DNA of 64,000 nucleotides from an uncultured Syntrophaceae bacterium (GCA_964610735.1 CAZSYH010000002.1:12933-76932); one strand, 5' to 3'; counted from the stretch's first letter, positions 41,837-51,619 are shown. Made by a program: numbers and translations. The notes: a model not told the origin generated them from the letters alone.

Positions 41837-44572
41837 ATGGAACTACAGGAAACAGCAACCATCTCTGAAAACATAGAGGATATCGCCAAATACGATCCGG
41901 AGTTTCGATTCCGCCAGCTTACAGGCATTACACTGAAACTTGCCTTTTTTATGACGCAGGTTCTTTCGATATTTCATATCTATACGGCAGGCTTCGGCGT
42001 TTTTCAGGAGTGGAGGCACAGGGCGTTTCACCTGGCCTTTGTCCTTCCGCTTGTGTTTTTCCTTTATACGATAAGAAAAGACAATACGGACGAGAGAAAA
42101 CATCTTGTCCATGATGTCTTCTATGGCATTATCGGAGCCGCCATGGTCGGCGCCATGTTTCGCGAAATCCTGGAACTTTCAGGATACGCAACACTTATGC
42201 TATCTGCAGCATCATTCCTGTTTATCATCTATTTCAAGCGCAGAGAGTTTCTAACGAACAGGACTTTTATATATTTAGACTTTATTATATTTTCCATAAT
42301 GATAGTGATGCTGGTCTGCGGCGCGCGTCTCGGGTTTCAATATATGCACCTTGGAGAATCATTTGAAAATTCCGGCATATCCCTCTTTTTCTGGAGTGTT
42401 TTCCTGTTCGGTGTATTCTTCAGCATGATATTGCTCTTTGCCGTTCAGTGGGTCAGGGCACTGTTTGCCATGGTAAAGGGTGGACAGTTCACCTATAAAC
42501 AGGATGATATTCCCTACTTTGATGTATTTTTTGCAATTCTCGCGTCTTTTATCTCTGTTTATATATTTCTGGAATTTAACAGTCTGGTTATACGCGCGGG
42601 TATTCCCCTCAAGATGGATGTCGTTGTGGGTGCCTTTGCTTTTTTGCTGGTGCTGGAGGGGGCGCGACGCAGTGTAGGGCCTCCCCTTCCCATTATTGCC
42701 TTCCTTGTTCTGGTAAACTGTTATCTGGGCCCCTATTTTCTTGATATTCCCGGACTCAGTTTTTTCGCGCACAGGGGATATCCCATTGAGCGGATCATTG
42801 AGCACATGTATCTTGGCACGGAAGGTATATATGGCATCCCGCTCGGGGTTGTCGCTACCTTTGTGTTCCATTTTGTGCTGTTCGGAATCTTTATATCCAA
42901 GACAGGCTTGGGGCAGTTCTTTATGGATTGCGCGATGGCCATTGCCGGGTGGTCTTCCGGTGGGCCTGCCAAGGTTGCCGTTATAAGCAGTGGCTTTATG
43001 GGTTCTATAAGCGGGAGTTCCATAGCGAACACCGTCACCACCGGGGCTTTTACGATTCCTCTCATGAAGCGCGTCGGTTACTCTCCACAGTTCGCCGGAG
43101 CTGTGGAGGCGGCTTCGTCTACGGGTGGACAGTTGATGCCGCCTATTATGGGCGCTGCCGCGTTCATCATGGCAGAATTCTTAGGCATACCATATATCAA
43201 GATTGCGGCGTGCGCGGTTGTTCCCGCCATACTTTATTTCTTTGCGGTGGGCACCATGGTGCATCTGGAGGCCAAAAAACAGGGGCTTCTGGGGATCCCT
43301 CGTGAGGCGCTGCCCAACCTGTGGAAGGTTGTAAAGGATGGGTGGCTGCTGCTGACGCCCCTTGTGGTAATTGTGTACCTCCTGATCTCAGGGAGCAGCC
43401 CGTTTCTGGCCGCTTTTTGGGGAATCTTTTTTTCCGTTGCCACAGGCCAGATACACAGGAAGACATATCCTCTGCTGATCACCATCTTTCTGGCAATTCC
43501 AGCTGTCCTGGTCAGGGCAAATCCCCTGGAACAGCTTTCCCTCTTTTCGATTGTATGGTTTGGCCTGCTCGCCGCCGGCTTTGTCTATGCCTTCAAAAAA
43601 ACAGACAGGACTTCCTGGCTTGTCAGCCTGCTGCCTGCCTCTGTCCTTGTGGTGTTGCTTGCCTGGGGACTGGAGCCGTCCCTCTGCTCCTTCTGGGCAA
43701 TGGCAACGGTTATCGCGATAGGGGTCTGTTACAGGGAAAGCAGGATGAGAATACCGGATATAATGGAGACCCTGGAGCTGGGAACAAAAAATGCCCTTGC
43801 CATCGGGGCCGCGTGTGCCTGCATAGGTTTTATTGTGGGGGCGACAACCCTTACCGGCCTGGGGCTCAAGTTTGCGGCCGCGGTTATTGAACTTGCCCAC
43901 GTGATAACGTCTATTGTCATGAACCTTGACATACTTCATCTCCTGAGCTTGAACTCTGTCGCACTGTTCTTCACCCTCGTACTAACTGCCGTGGCTTGTT
44001 TTGTCCTCGGCATGGGTATTCCCACGACGGCCCAGTATATTATAGCGTCCATGATTGCGGCCCCGGCACTCCTGCAGTGGGGAATCCATCCCCTGGTGTC
44101 TCACATGTTTGTGCTGTTTTATGCCGTTCTTGCGGATGTGACCCCCCCCGTCGCACTTGCTGCCTACGCGGCGTCGGGGATTTCCGGCGCCAATCCGTTC
44201 AAAACGGGACTTACCGCTTTCGGTCTGGCTTCCGCGGGGTTTGTCATTCCTTTTGTTATTGTGGCCGCTCCCATAATCCTCTGGCTGCCGCCTCTTCTCG
44301 ACCCTGAAGCTTCATTTGACTACCTCAGATTCGCTCATATATTTATAACCCTGCTGATGGGAGTTGTGGCTCTCGGGACTGCCATTATAGGATATTTCAG
44401 GACCAATTCAACCCTTTTAGAAAGGGCGTTGACAGGCGTTGCGGCCATTTCCCTCCTTTCTCCGGAGGTTTACAGTGATCTGGCAGGAATTGCCATAATG
44501 GCATTTGTGTATATAGTTCAAGGCCAAAGAATCATGATAAAAGAAAAAAAGGAGAAACAAGATGAGCAGTAA
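41837..44572 (+). CDS. TRAP transporter fused 4TM/12TM permease (TAXI type)
   Basis: 911 aa, highly hydrophobic throughout, with TRAP-T DctM-like segments (e.g. GGPAKVAVISSGFMGSISGSSIANTVTTGAFTIPLMK). Confidence 0.88.
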   Translation: MELQETATISENIEDIAKYDPEFRFRQLTGITLKLAFFMTQVLSIFHIYTAGFGVFQEWRHRAFHLAFVLPLVFFLYTIRKDNTDERKHLVHDVFYGIIGAAMVGAMFREILELSGYATLMLSAASFLFIIYFKRREFLTNRTFIYLDFIIFSIMIVMLVCGARLGFQYMHLGESFENSGISLFFWSVFLFGVFFSMILLFAVQWVRALFAMVKGGQFTYKQDDIPYFDVFFAILASFISVYIFLEFNSLVIRAGIPLKMDVVVGAFAFLLVLEGARRSVGPPLPIIAFLVLVNCYLGPYFLDIPGLSFFAHRGYPIERIIEHMYLGTEGIYGIPLGVVATFVFHFVLFGIFISKTGLGQFFMDCAMAIAGWSSGGPAKVAVISSGFMGSISGSSIANTVTTGAFTIPLMKRVGYSPQFAGAVEAASSTGGQLMPPIMGAAAFIMAEFLGIPYIKIAACAVVPAILYFFAVGTMVHLEAKKQGLLGIPREALPNLWKVVKDGWLLLTPLVVIVYLLISGSSPFLAAFWGIFFSVATGQIHRKTYPLLITIFLAIPAVLVRANPLEQLSLFSIVWFGLLAAGFVYAFKKTDRTSWLVSLLPASVLVVLLAWGLEPSLCSFWAMATVIAIGVCYRESRMRIPDIMETLELGTKNALAIGAACACIGFIVGATTLTGLGLKFAAAVIELAHVITSIVMNLDILHLLSLNSVALFFTLVLTAVACFVLGMGIPTTAQYIIASMIAAPALLQWGIHPLVSHMFVLFYAVLADVTPPVALAAYAASGISGANPFKTGLTAFGLASAGFVIPFVIVAAPIILWLPPLLDPEASFDYLRFAHIFITLLMGVVALGTAIIGYFRTNSTLLERALTGVAAISLLSPEVYSDLAGIAIMAFVYIVQGQRIMIKEKKEKQDEQ

Positions 44573-45560
44573 GACAATACGGGTAGTGCAATATGGTCTG
44601 GGGCCTATCGGAAGCGCTACGGCACGTCACATTATAGAGCGGGATGGAGTGGAACTGGTCGGTGGGGTTGATATTGACCCGGCCAAAACAGGCAGGGATG
44701 TCGGAGAAGTAATCGGTCTCGGCAGCCCTGTGGGATTTCCTGTCGTCAACGACCTGTCCCGGGCGCTGGAGAAAACGGAGGCGGATGTGGTGCTTCACAC
44801 CACCGGATCCTTCTTTGACTTCTTTGAGACTCAGATTATGGAAATTCTGGAGGCCGGGCTGGATATTGTTTCAACATCCGAGGAACTCTCCTTTCCCTGG
44901 CTGGCTCACCCGGATGCCGCCGCCAGGATAGACGCCGCCGCCAGGCAGGCAGGCAAAACAGTATTGGGCACTGGCGTAAACCCCGGATTTCTCATGGATG
45001 CACTGCCCCTCAATCTCACGGCTATCTGTCAGCGGGTGGATCGCATTGACGTGACGCGTCGCATGAATGCCTCGTTGCGAAGAGGTCCTTTCCAGGCAAA
45101 GATAGGTTCAGGAATGACGGTGGAAGGGTTTAAGGCGAAGATGGAAACGGGGCGCATGGGACATGTCGGGCTTCAACAATCCATGGGAATGGTTTTTTCC
45201 ACACTGGGCAGAGATCTGGTAAAATATGAATCCAGTGTCGAGCCGGTAGTGGCTGATTCACCGGTCAAGACGGATTACTTTGAGGTACAACCCGGCCAGG
45301 TAAGAGGACTTAAGCAGGTAGCCCGCGGTTATACCGGTGAGTGCGAATTTATGACGCTTACCTTTGTCGCCGCCCTGGATGAAAAAGTAGACGGAGATAC
45401 CATCCTGATTACCGGAAAACCGGATCTGGAGGTCAGGTTAAAAGGCACCAATGGCGACATCGCGACGGTGGCAATTGCGGTCAACGCCGTGCGCCGTGTA
45501 TTTGAGGCGCTGCCCGGTCTGGTCACCATGCGTGACCTGCCCATAGTAACAATCTGGTAG
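44562..45560 (+). CDS. DapB-like NAD(P)-dependent amine dehydrogenase (2,4-diaminopentanoate dehydrogenase family)
   Basis: N-terminal Rossmann IRVVQYGLGPIGS, NPGFLMD, HVGLQQSM, and C-terminal NGDIATVAIAVNAV..LPGLVTMRDLP. Start overlaps the permease stop by 11 nt, and AGGAG lies 9 nt upstream. Confidence 0.65.
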   Translation: MSSKTIRVVQYGLGPIGSATARHIIERDGVELVGGVDIDPAKTGRDVGEVIGLGSPVGFPVVNDLSRALEKTEADVVLHTTGSFFDFFETQIMEILEAGLDIVSTSEELSFPWLAHPDAAARIDAAARQAGKTVLGTGVNPGFLMDALPLNLTAICQRVDRIDVTRRMNASLRRGPFQAKIGSGMTVEGFKAKMETGRMGHVGLQQSMGMVFSTLGRDLVKYESSVEPVVADSPVKTDYFEVQPGQVRGLKQVARGYTGECEFMTLTFVAALDEKVDGDTILITGKPDLEVRLKGTNGDIATVAIAVNAVRRVFEALPGLVTMRDLPIVTIW

Positions 45561-45588
45561 GTATAAAACATCAGGTGAGGGAATTTTT

Positions 45589-47403
45589 ATGAAAAGATTG
45601 ATTGATTTGTCAAAGGAAGAACTTCTCGAAAGGATATGGGAGACGGAGCCCAAACTCAAGGATATTCTTAGCAATGCCAGACATGTGGAAGAAGCACGGT
45701 ATGTTTTTTTTGATTACCTTGATCGTTTCGGAAGAGACCTGTACAACATGAAAGCCGATACACCCTTTGCGGATTTGAATGTTGTAGAGAGGAGAAATGC
45801 CAGGGAATGTATCCGGGTGCTCGCAAATACAATGCGGACAGAAAACGAACATCTGACACAGACTTCGCCGCTGGCACTTTTGTATAATCTTGCAAATGAT
45901 GAGGAGGGAGCCCTTGAGAAGGTAAGCGCGGGTTTTTTGATGGAATACGTTGCCCTGCTGGAGGGTATCAGAGGAAAATATGGAAAACATTCCCAACACC
46001 ACGAGCTTCTGGAGCAAAAAGAGGGAAGAGGCGCCGCTATTGAGCGGTCTTCCCAGTTGGATGATTACGGAGCGATGATAAGAAGATATTTCAAAAGATA
46101 TAAAACAGGGCTGGATCCCAGACTGGTAAAAAAGAGAAAGAAACTGAAAGATAGGATACTGGATTATTTCGGGGCCGGAGAAGAAGACTGGGGGAATTAT
46201 CTCTGGCATATGAAACACATCATCAAAGACATCGAGACACTGTCTGCTCTTGTCAAGCTGGATGATGATGAAATGGAAGGGTTAAGACTGGCGACGGAAA
46301 ATCTTATTCCTTTTGAAATAACGCCTCATTACCTGTCGCTTTTTAATGAAGACGGAATGACTTTACATGATCGCGCCATTCGCGCGCAGGTTATCCAGAG
46401 CCCCCGGTATTGTACCAATGTCCTCGCAAATCAGGGGGAGGGAAGAGACATGGATTTTATGGGGGAGCATGCGACGAGTCCGATAGATGGAGTCACGCGC
46501 AGGTATCCTCAGATTATTATTATGAAACCGTTCAATTCATGCCCGCAGATATGCGTTTATTGCCAGAGAAACTGGGAGATAAAGGACATTGACGACAGCC
46601 CTATGATGTCCAGGGACAAGGTAGAAGAAATGATAAACTGGGCCAGAGAGGATAAAAACCTCTCAGAGATTCTGATAACCGGTGGAGATCCCTTGACACT
46701 CAACAACAAGTACCTTGACTGGATGATCGGAGAAGTCGCGGCAATAGATCATGTAGACAGGATAAGAATCGGAACCAGAACGCTTGTAACCCTGCCCCAG
46801 AGGATAAATGACGGTCTGCTTGAGATCCTTGGGAAATACCACGAGTGGGGGAAAAGAGAGATTACCATTGTTACACATGTCGAGCACCCCACCGAAATAT
46901 GTCCGGAAGTCCTGGATGCCGTGAAAAAGATAAAAAAGCTGGGAATTAATATCTATAACCAGCAGGTTTTCACCTATTACAACAGCAAAAAATTTGAAAC
47001 GGCCTTCCTGCGGAAAACGCTTAAGGTTTGCGGTATCGATCCTTACTATACCTTCAACTGTCAGGGTAAGGGAGAAACCGTGGATTTCAGGGTTCCCATA
47101 TCAAGGATATTGCAGGAAAATAAGGAAGAGGCAAGGCTCATGCCCGGTCTTGTCAGGACGGATGAGCCAGTCTTCAACGTGCCGAGATTGGGGAAATCAC
47201 ACTTGAGGGCGTGGCAGGACCATGAAGTCATCATGATCCTGCCCGATGGCCGGAGGGTATACAGATTCTATTCATGGGAGACAAAACTTACAACAGCCAG
47301 AGACTATCTCTATACGGATGTGTCCGTTTACGATTATTTTAAAAGACTGCAGGAAGATGGTGAGAATGTTAATGATTATCTCTCCATGCTGTATTATTTT
47401 TAG
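45589..47403 (+). CDS. KamA-family radical SAM aminomutase with ~200-aa N-terminal extension
   Basis: KamA core from ~aa 200: WGNYLWHMKH, FEITPHYLSLF, TRRYPQIIIMKP, radical-SAM CPQICVYCQR (C318/C322/C325), ITGGDPL, YYTFNCQG, and a candidate PLP lysine in NVPRLGKS; 604 aa. Confidence 0.8.
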   Translation: MKRLIDLSKEELLERIWETEPKLKDILSNARHVEEARYVFFDYLDRFGRDLYNMKADTPFADLNVVERRNARECIRVLANTMRTENEHLTQTSPLALLYNLANDEEGALEKVSAGFLMEYVALLEGIRGKYGKHSQHHELLEQKEGRGAAIERSSQLDDYGAMIRRYFKRYKTGLDPRLVKKRKKLKDRILDYFGAGEEDWGNYLWHMKHIIKDIETLSALVKLDDDEMEGLRLATENLIPFEITPHYLSLFNEDGMTLHDRAIRAQVIQSPRYCTNVLANQGEGRDMDFMGEHATSPIDGVTRRYPQIIIMKPFNSCPQICVYCQRNWEIKDIDDSPMMSRDKVEEMINWAREDKNLSEILITGGDPLTLNNKYLDWMIGEVAAIDHVDRIRIGTRTLVTLPQRINDGLLEILGKYHEWGKREITIVTHVEHPTEICPEVLDAVKKIKKLGINIYNQQVFTYYNSKKFETAFLRKTLKVCGIDPYYTFNCQGKGETVDFRVPISRILQENKEEARLMPGLVRTDEPVFNVPRLGKSHLRAWQDHEVIMILPDGRRVYRFYSWETKLTTARDYLYTDVSVYDYFKRLQEDGENVNDYLSMLYYF

Positions 47404-48275
47404 ATGTGTTCCCCTCCGGCTTGTGGCGTGGACAACCGGAGATGTTCTTTTCCAAGTTCTTTGTATAGGCTTTCCCCTATCTTCAGACCGAGGGCGATGA
47501 AGTCGGGACCGTACTCCCTGCCGGTGGATGTGCGGAAAGTATCGCTGATCTTTTCCAGAGTTTTTAATCCGGAGGGAAAATGATCTAATAAAATTTCGAT
47601 GGAGATATCCAGGGTGTCTGATATATCCCATATCATTTCCGTGAAATTATCGGGACCCCACCGGAACTTGTCGGCGTCGTACAGGGCATCGGACAGAAGT
47701 TGAGCGTCCGGGTCGGAAAGGGGGGCGCATGGTTGAAAGGCCTCGTGATTTCCTATCGCGGCGACCACAGACACTTGTTCTTTGTCTGTAAGGTCAAAGC
47801 CCCTGAGGATCTTCCTCGCCTCTTCCGCCCCACGCCGGGCGTGATTTTTGTCTGATCGTTTTATATCATGCAGAATGCCGGCTATATGTGCCAGAACAAC
47901 GGCGCGCTTTACGTTGCCCGCTTTTATCGCATCCTGCCCTTCGATGAGCATTATGGCCCCCACGTCTATCGCAACCTTTCGTGCATGAGACAATCCATGG
48001 CCGGAGGAGTCTGCCCTCGCGGTTATTATCTCAATACACGCTGTGACCATCGGATTATTTTCAAGCAGACGGAGAGACTCGCTGATTTCAATCTTTTTTT
48101 CCCGGTAAAAACGAGGAGCGGCAAATGTGACCGCGATTTTTTCAGACAGTATTTTCGCATCTGAAAGCGTTTGGGTGATCATGGGATTTTGTTTTATTCC
48201 CCTGGAAACGATTATGTGTCCATCATTTTTTTGAGTTTCCTGTGAACAACAGCGGAAATACGATGTCACTGACAC
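47400..48275 (-). CDS. HD-domain protein
   Basis: GLSHARKV...AGILHDIKR HD signature. The ORF-track start at 48275 overlaps the upstream gene by 53 nt, so the internal ATG at 48182 (MITQTLSD) is an alternative start. Confidence 0.7.
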   Translation of the reverse strand: MSVTSYFRCCSQETQKNDGHIIVSRGIKQNPMITQTLSDAKILSEKIAVTFAAPRFYREKKIEISESLRLLENNPMVTACIEIITARADSSGHGLSHARKVAIDVGAIMLIEGQDAIKAGNVKRAVVLAHIAGILHDIKRSDKNHARRGAEEARKILRGFDLTDKEQVSVVAAIGNHEAFQPCAPLSDPDAQLLSDALYDADKFRWGPDNFTEMIWDISDTLDISIEILLDHFPSGLKTLEKISDTFRTSTGREYGPDFIALGLKIGESLYKELGKEHLRLSTPQAGGEHI

Positions 48276-48837
48276 AACAGGGTATCAGGACGGCAATAAA
48301 CAGGAACATGAAGACGACAATGTACGACAGCCAGTTTAATGTACCCCCCACGGCCATGATAATATGAAAGATTGAGGCCCAGGTGCTCAGGAGGACGTGT
48401 CCCGCATGGGGAAACTTTGTTGACGGCCGGAAGTAGGCTACGGCTATTCCCAGTATCGCCAGGGGATTTACCAGCCACCACTTTTCGATAAAGCCGATGT
48501 GAAGGCCCCTGTCGGGCATGTTGAGCATAACTTCGCCAAGATAGGGTATCAGGGAATCACTTATAGTGGCAATGCCTATAGAGCCTGCATAACCTATAAC
48601 CAGCAGAATCCAGATATTGCATTTACCTCCGACCTCTCCGCATTTGTGAAGTTTGTACATGGATGTCGTGACCAGGGCGCTCAAAACAACGTGTAGAGGA
48701 TGGAGGACATAGAAAATATTCAGAGCGGTTGTGTGTGGTATATGCTGAAAGAGAACCATAATTACTATACCGGTAGCTGCACCGAGGAGAGTAAAAGGGG
48801 CGTGATTTTTTAATTCTCTTAGTATTTGTACGGTCAT
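48223..48837 (-). CDS. Integral membrane protein with duplicated His-rich TM motif, function unknown
   Basis: About six hydrophobic helices. Repeated motif HPLHVVLSALV (N-half) and HAGHVLLSTWA (C-half). Confidence 0.55.
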   Translation of the reverse strand: MTVQILRELKNHAPFTLLGAATGIVIMVLFQHIPHTTALNIFYVLHPLHVVLSALVTTSMYKLHKCGEVGGKCNIWILLVIGYAGSIGIATISDSLIPYLGEVMLNMPDRGLHIGFIEKWWLVNPLAILGIAVAYFRPSTKFPHAGHVLLSTWASIFHIIMAVGGTLNWLSYIVVFMFLFIAVLIPCCVSDIVFPLLFTGNSKK

Positions 48838-49102
48838 AACTCTCTTTATCTCTATTTTATCTGGGAGGCTGCCCGATAACGCACCACGGGTGTCATTTTA
48901 TCCAAAGCAAGAAATCTTATTTAATGGAACATCCATCACTTTCAGAGTTTATTTTCTGGTCGAAATGACATGAAAATCTTTTAACAAACAGCCTTCCGGA
49001 ACACCGACAGAACGTACCGGATGGGGCAAGACCAAAAAAGGCGATTTATCGGTAAAAGAAATTGCCGGCAAATTGTCCGTCAAGAGCGAAATATTACGCC
49101 TG

Positions 49103-49660
49103 TTATCCTGCCGCCTTTGATGAACAATTTTCAGCCATTTTGATGCCAAGGTCGAGGGCATCCTGGTTAATCTGTAAAAAAGCGGAAGGAATCCTGGTCT
49201 CCAATACCTTCATGATAGACTCTGGCCTGACTATTTTTAAAAAGGTAATCAGGGCGCCGAGCATGCATATGTTGAAGACAATTGGCTTCCCGATTTTATC
49301 CATAACCTCTGTGTACATATTAAGTTCTATCTGCTTTGCGTCAACTTTTTCATTCTGTTTGACATAATGTCTGTCGGTCAGGAGAAAACCTCCCGGTCGA
49401 ATAAGCCCGGAGAATTTATCGTATGCTTCCTGAGTAAGACACACTAAAATGTTTGGTTCAATAACCTTGGGAAACAATATATCCGTATCGGAAATGATAA
49501 CATCTGAACGACTTGCGCCACCTCTGGCTTCAGGGCCGTATGACTGGGATTGAACTGCATTCAACCCTTCACAAAGGAGAGCCGCCTCAGCCAGTATTAT
49601 GGCCGCTGTAATCACACCCTGTCCGCCTGAACCGGAGAGGATAATTCTACGTCTTTCCAT
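49103..49660 (-). CDS. 2-oxoacid:ferredoxin oxidoreductase gamma subunit
   Basis: N-terminus IILSGSGGQGVITAA and SYGPEARGG motifs; 185 aa. Confidence 0.88.
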   Translation of the reverse strand: MERRRIILSGSGGQGVITAAIILAEAALLCEGLNAVQSQSYGPEARGGASRSDVIISDTDILFPKVIEPNILVCLTQEAYDKFSGLIRPGGFLLTDRHYVKQNEKVDAKQIELNMYTEVMDKIGKPIVFNICMLGALITFLKIVRPESIMKVLETRIPSAFLQINQDALDLGIKMAENCSSKAAG

Positions 49661-49663
49661 AAT

Positions 49664-50467
49664 TTACCTTCCCTTAGACGCCCTTTCTATGACCTTGTCA
49701 TATTCAGCACAGTATTCTGGCCGTTCTTCCTGGACAAATATACCTCGTTCTATGAGATCGGGATTTTTCTCCTTTTCCTTGCTCCCTATGGGAGTTGTAT
49801 TGGTTTTATAACTATTGAGCATATCCACTGCACTGGGGATCTTGTTTCTTCGGCCAAACTGTATTGGGCACTGAGACAAAACTTCTACAACCGAAAACCC
49901 TTTATGCGTGATGGCCTTCTCCAATATCTTTACCATTGGATTGACATGATAGGTTGTCGTCCTGGCAACAAAGGAGGCCCCAGCGCCGGTTGCGAGCTTA
50001 ACCACATCAAAGGAATGATCTATATTCCCATAGGGCGCGGTCGTTGCAAATTCTCCGTATCCCGTCAAAGGAGAGTATTGACCTCCTGTCATACCATAGA
50101 TGCTGTTGTTCATGATAATGGCAGTTACATCGATATTGCGCCTCGCCGCATGGATAAAATGGTTACCGCCAATAGCACAGGCATCACCGTCCCCCATGGG
50201 GACCAGTACGGTAAGCTCCGACCTGCTCAGTTTGACACCGGTGGCAAAGGCAAGGGCCCGGCCGTGGAGTGTATGCAGGGTATGAAAATCAAGGTAGCCA
50301 CTGATACGGGCAGAACATCCAATACCCGAAACCGCAGCGATATGCTTTTTTTCCAGACCGAGGTTTTCAATCGCACGGATAATGGCAGTCATTACAGTGC
50401 CATGGCCGCAACCTGGGCACCAAATATGAGGGAAAAATCTCTTTCTGATATAGTCTTTAACTGCCAT
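49664..50467 (-). CDS. 2-oxoacid:ferredoxin oxidoreductase beta subunit (TPP-binding)
   Basis: WCPGCGHG, GIGCS, GDGD..IGGNH, and NNSIYGMTGGQ motifs. Confidence 0.9.
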   Translation of the reverse strand: MAVKDYIRKRFFPHIWCPGCGHGTVMTAIIRAIENLGLEKKHIAAVSGIGCSARISGYLDFHTLHTLHGRALAFATGVKLSRSELTVLVPMGDGDACAIGGNHFIHAARRNIDVTAIIMNNSIYGMTGGQYSPLTGYGEFATTAPYGNIDHSFDVVKLATGAGASFVARTTTYHVNPMVKILEKAITHKGFSVVEVLSQCPIQFGRRNKIPSAVDMLNSYKTNTTPIGSKEKEKNPDLIERGIFVQEERPEYCAEYDKVIERASKGR

Positions 50468-50470
50468 TTC

Positions 50471-51619
50471 TTACACCCCCTTTCCCTGGGTGATTCTTAT
50501 GATACTCAAGACATCGGTAGGCGTAATAAATCCACCGTCAATCCTGTTGGCAAGAAAAACTCCGTCAGGATTCTTGACCGCCTTCTTTACCTCACCAAGT
50601 ATCTGGCCCATATTCATTTCTACCACAATTATCTGATTCGCAGAGGCACATCGCTCCCTGACAAGTTTAGCAGGGAAGGGCCAGAGAGTCTGTAGCTCCA
50701 ATAACCCGAGTTTTTCACCCCGCTCTCTCCTGTTTTTTACAATGTGAAGGGCCGTTCTGGCGGCGGATCCATAAGAAATCAGGAGGCATTCCGCATCATC
50801 AACAAAGAACTCCTTTATCCTTGTGATTTCATTTACGTGGGTCTCAATCTTGTCTACCAGATGGTGCATCAATCCATATACAACACCCGGCTTGTTTGAA
50901 GGAAACCCCCACATATCATGCGCCAGCCCTGTGACATTATGCCGGTGATCACCTCCAAAATCAGACATGGGAAGGCGGCCATCCTCCCTTGGCAGATACG
51001 GGTGATAATCAGTTCCTGCTGGCACGGACGTTTTCAGTCTCTCTACCACGTCGATTTCCCCTGCCTTCGGCTCCACAAGCCTTTCCCTTGTATGTCCAAC
51101 AACTTCATCAAGAAGCAAAATAACAGGTGTCCTGAAGGTTTCCGCCAGATTAAAGGCATCAACCGTTATTGCAAAAACATCTTGACTGTTGGATGCGGTT
51201 AAAACGATAATGGCATGGTCTCCATGGGTTCCCCAGCGTGCCTGCATGACATCTCCCTGACTTCCACTCGTAGGAAGACCTGTCGAAGGGCCACCCCTCT
51301 GAACATCAACGATCACACATGGGGTTTCAGTCATTACAGCAAAACCGAGAGCTTCCTGCTTCAAGGAAAAACCCGGGCCCGAGGTTGCGGTCATAACCTT
51401 TTTCCCAGTGAGTGAGGCGCCGACTATGGCACACATGGAGGAAATCTCGTCCTCCATCTGAATAAATTTCCCCCTCTTCTCGGGCAAACGAAGCGAGAGC
51501 AGCTCCGCAATTTCTGTGGAAGGAGTTATCGGGTAACCGGCAAAAAACTCAAGCCCGGCATAAAGAGCCCCCCTTACACAAGCTTCATTACCTTGAACAA
51601 ACACGACATCTTTCTTCAC
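50471..51619 (-). CDS. 2-oxoacid:ferredoxin oxidoreductase alpha subunit
   Basis: QGNEACVRGAL, YPITPSTEI, TATSGPGFSL motifs. GTG start 8 nt after AAGGAGG. Confidence 0.9.
   Translation of the reverse strand: MKKDVVFVQGNEACVRGALYAGLEFFAGYPITPSTEIAELLSLRLPEKRGKFIQMEDEISSMCAIVGASLTGKKVMTATSGPGFSLKQEALGFAVMTETPCVIVDVQRGGPSTGLPTSGSQGDVMQARWGTHGDHAIIVLTASNSQDVFAITVDAFNLAETFRTPVILLLDEVVGHTRERLVEPKAGEIDVVERLKTSVPAGTDYHPYLPREDGRLPMSDFGGDHRHNVTGLAHDMWGFPSNKPGVVYGLMHHLVDKIETHVNEITRIKEFFVDDAECLLISYGSAARTALHIVKNRRERGEKLGLLELQTLWPFPAKLVRERCASANQIIVVEMNMGQILGEVKKAVKNPDGVFLANRIDGGFITPTDVLSIIRITQGKGV

Noticed and set aside
48863-48880. GGGAGGCTGCCCGATAAC, which resembles (15/18) the terminal repeat TAGGAGGCTGTCCGAGAA(C) of the 20880-20992 segment. 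It was considered as a second copy of a repeat family.
   Set aside because: It is a single partial match with no partner inverted copy nearby, so it may be chance. It is only worth revisiting if a genome-wide search finds more copies.
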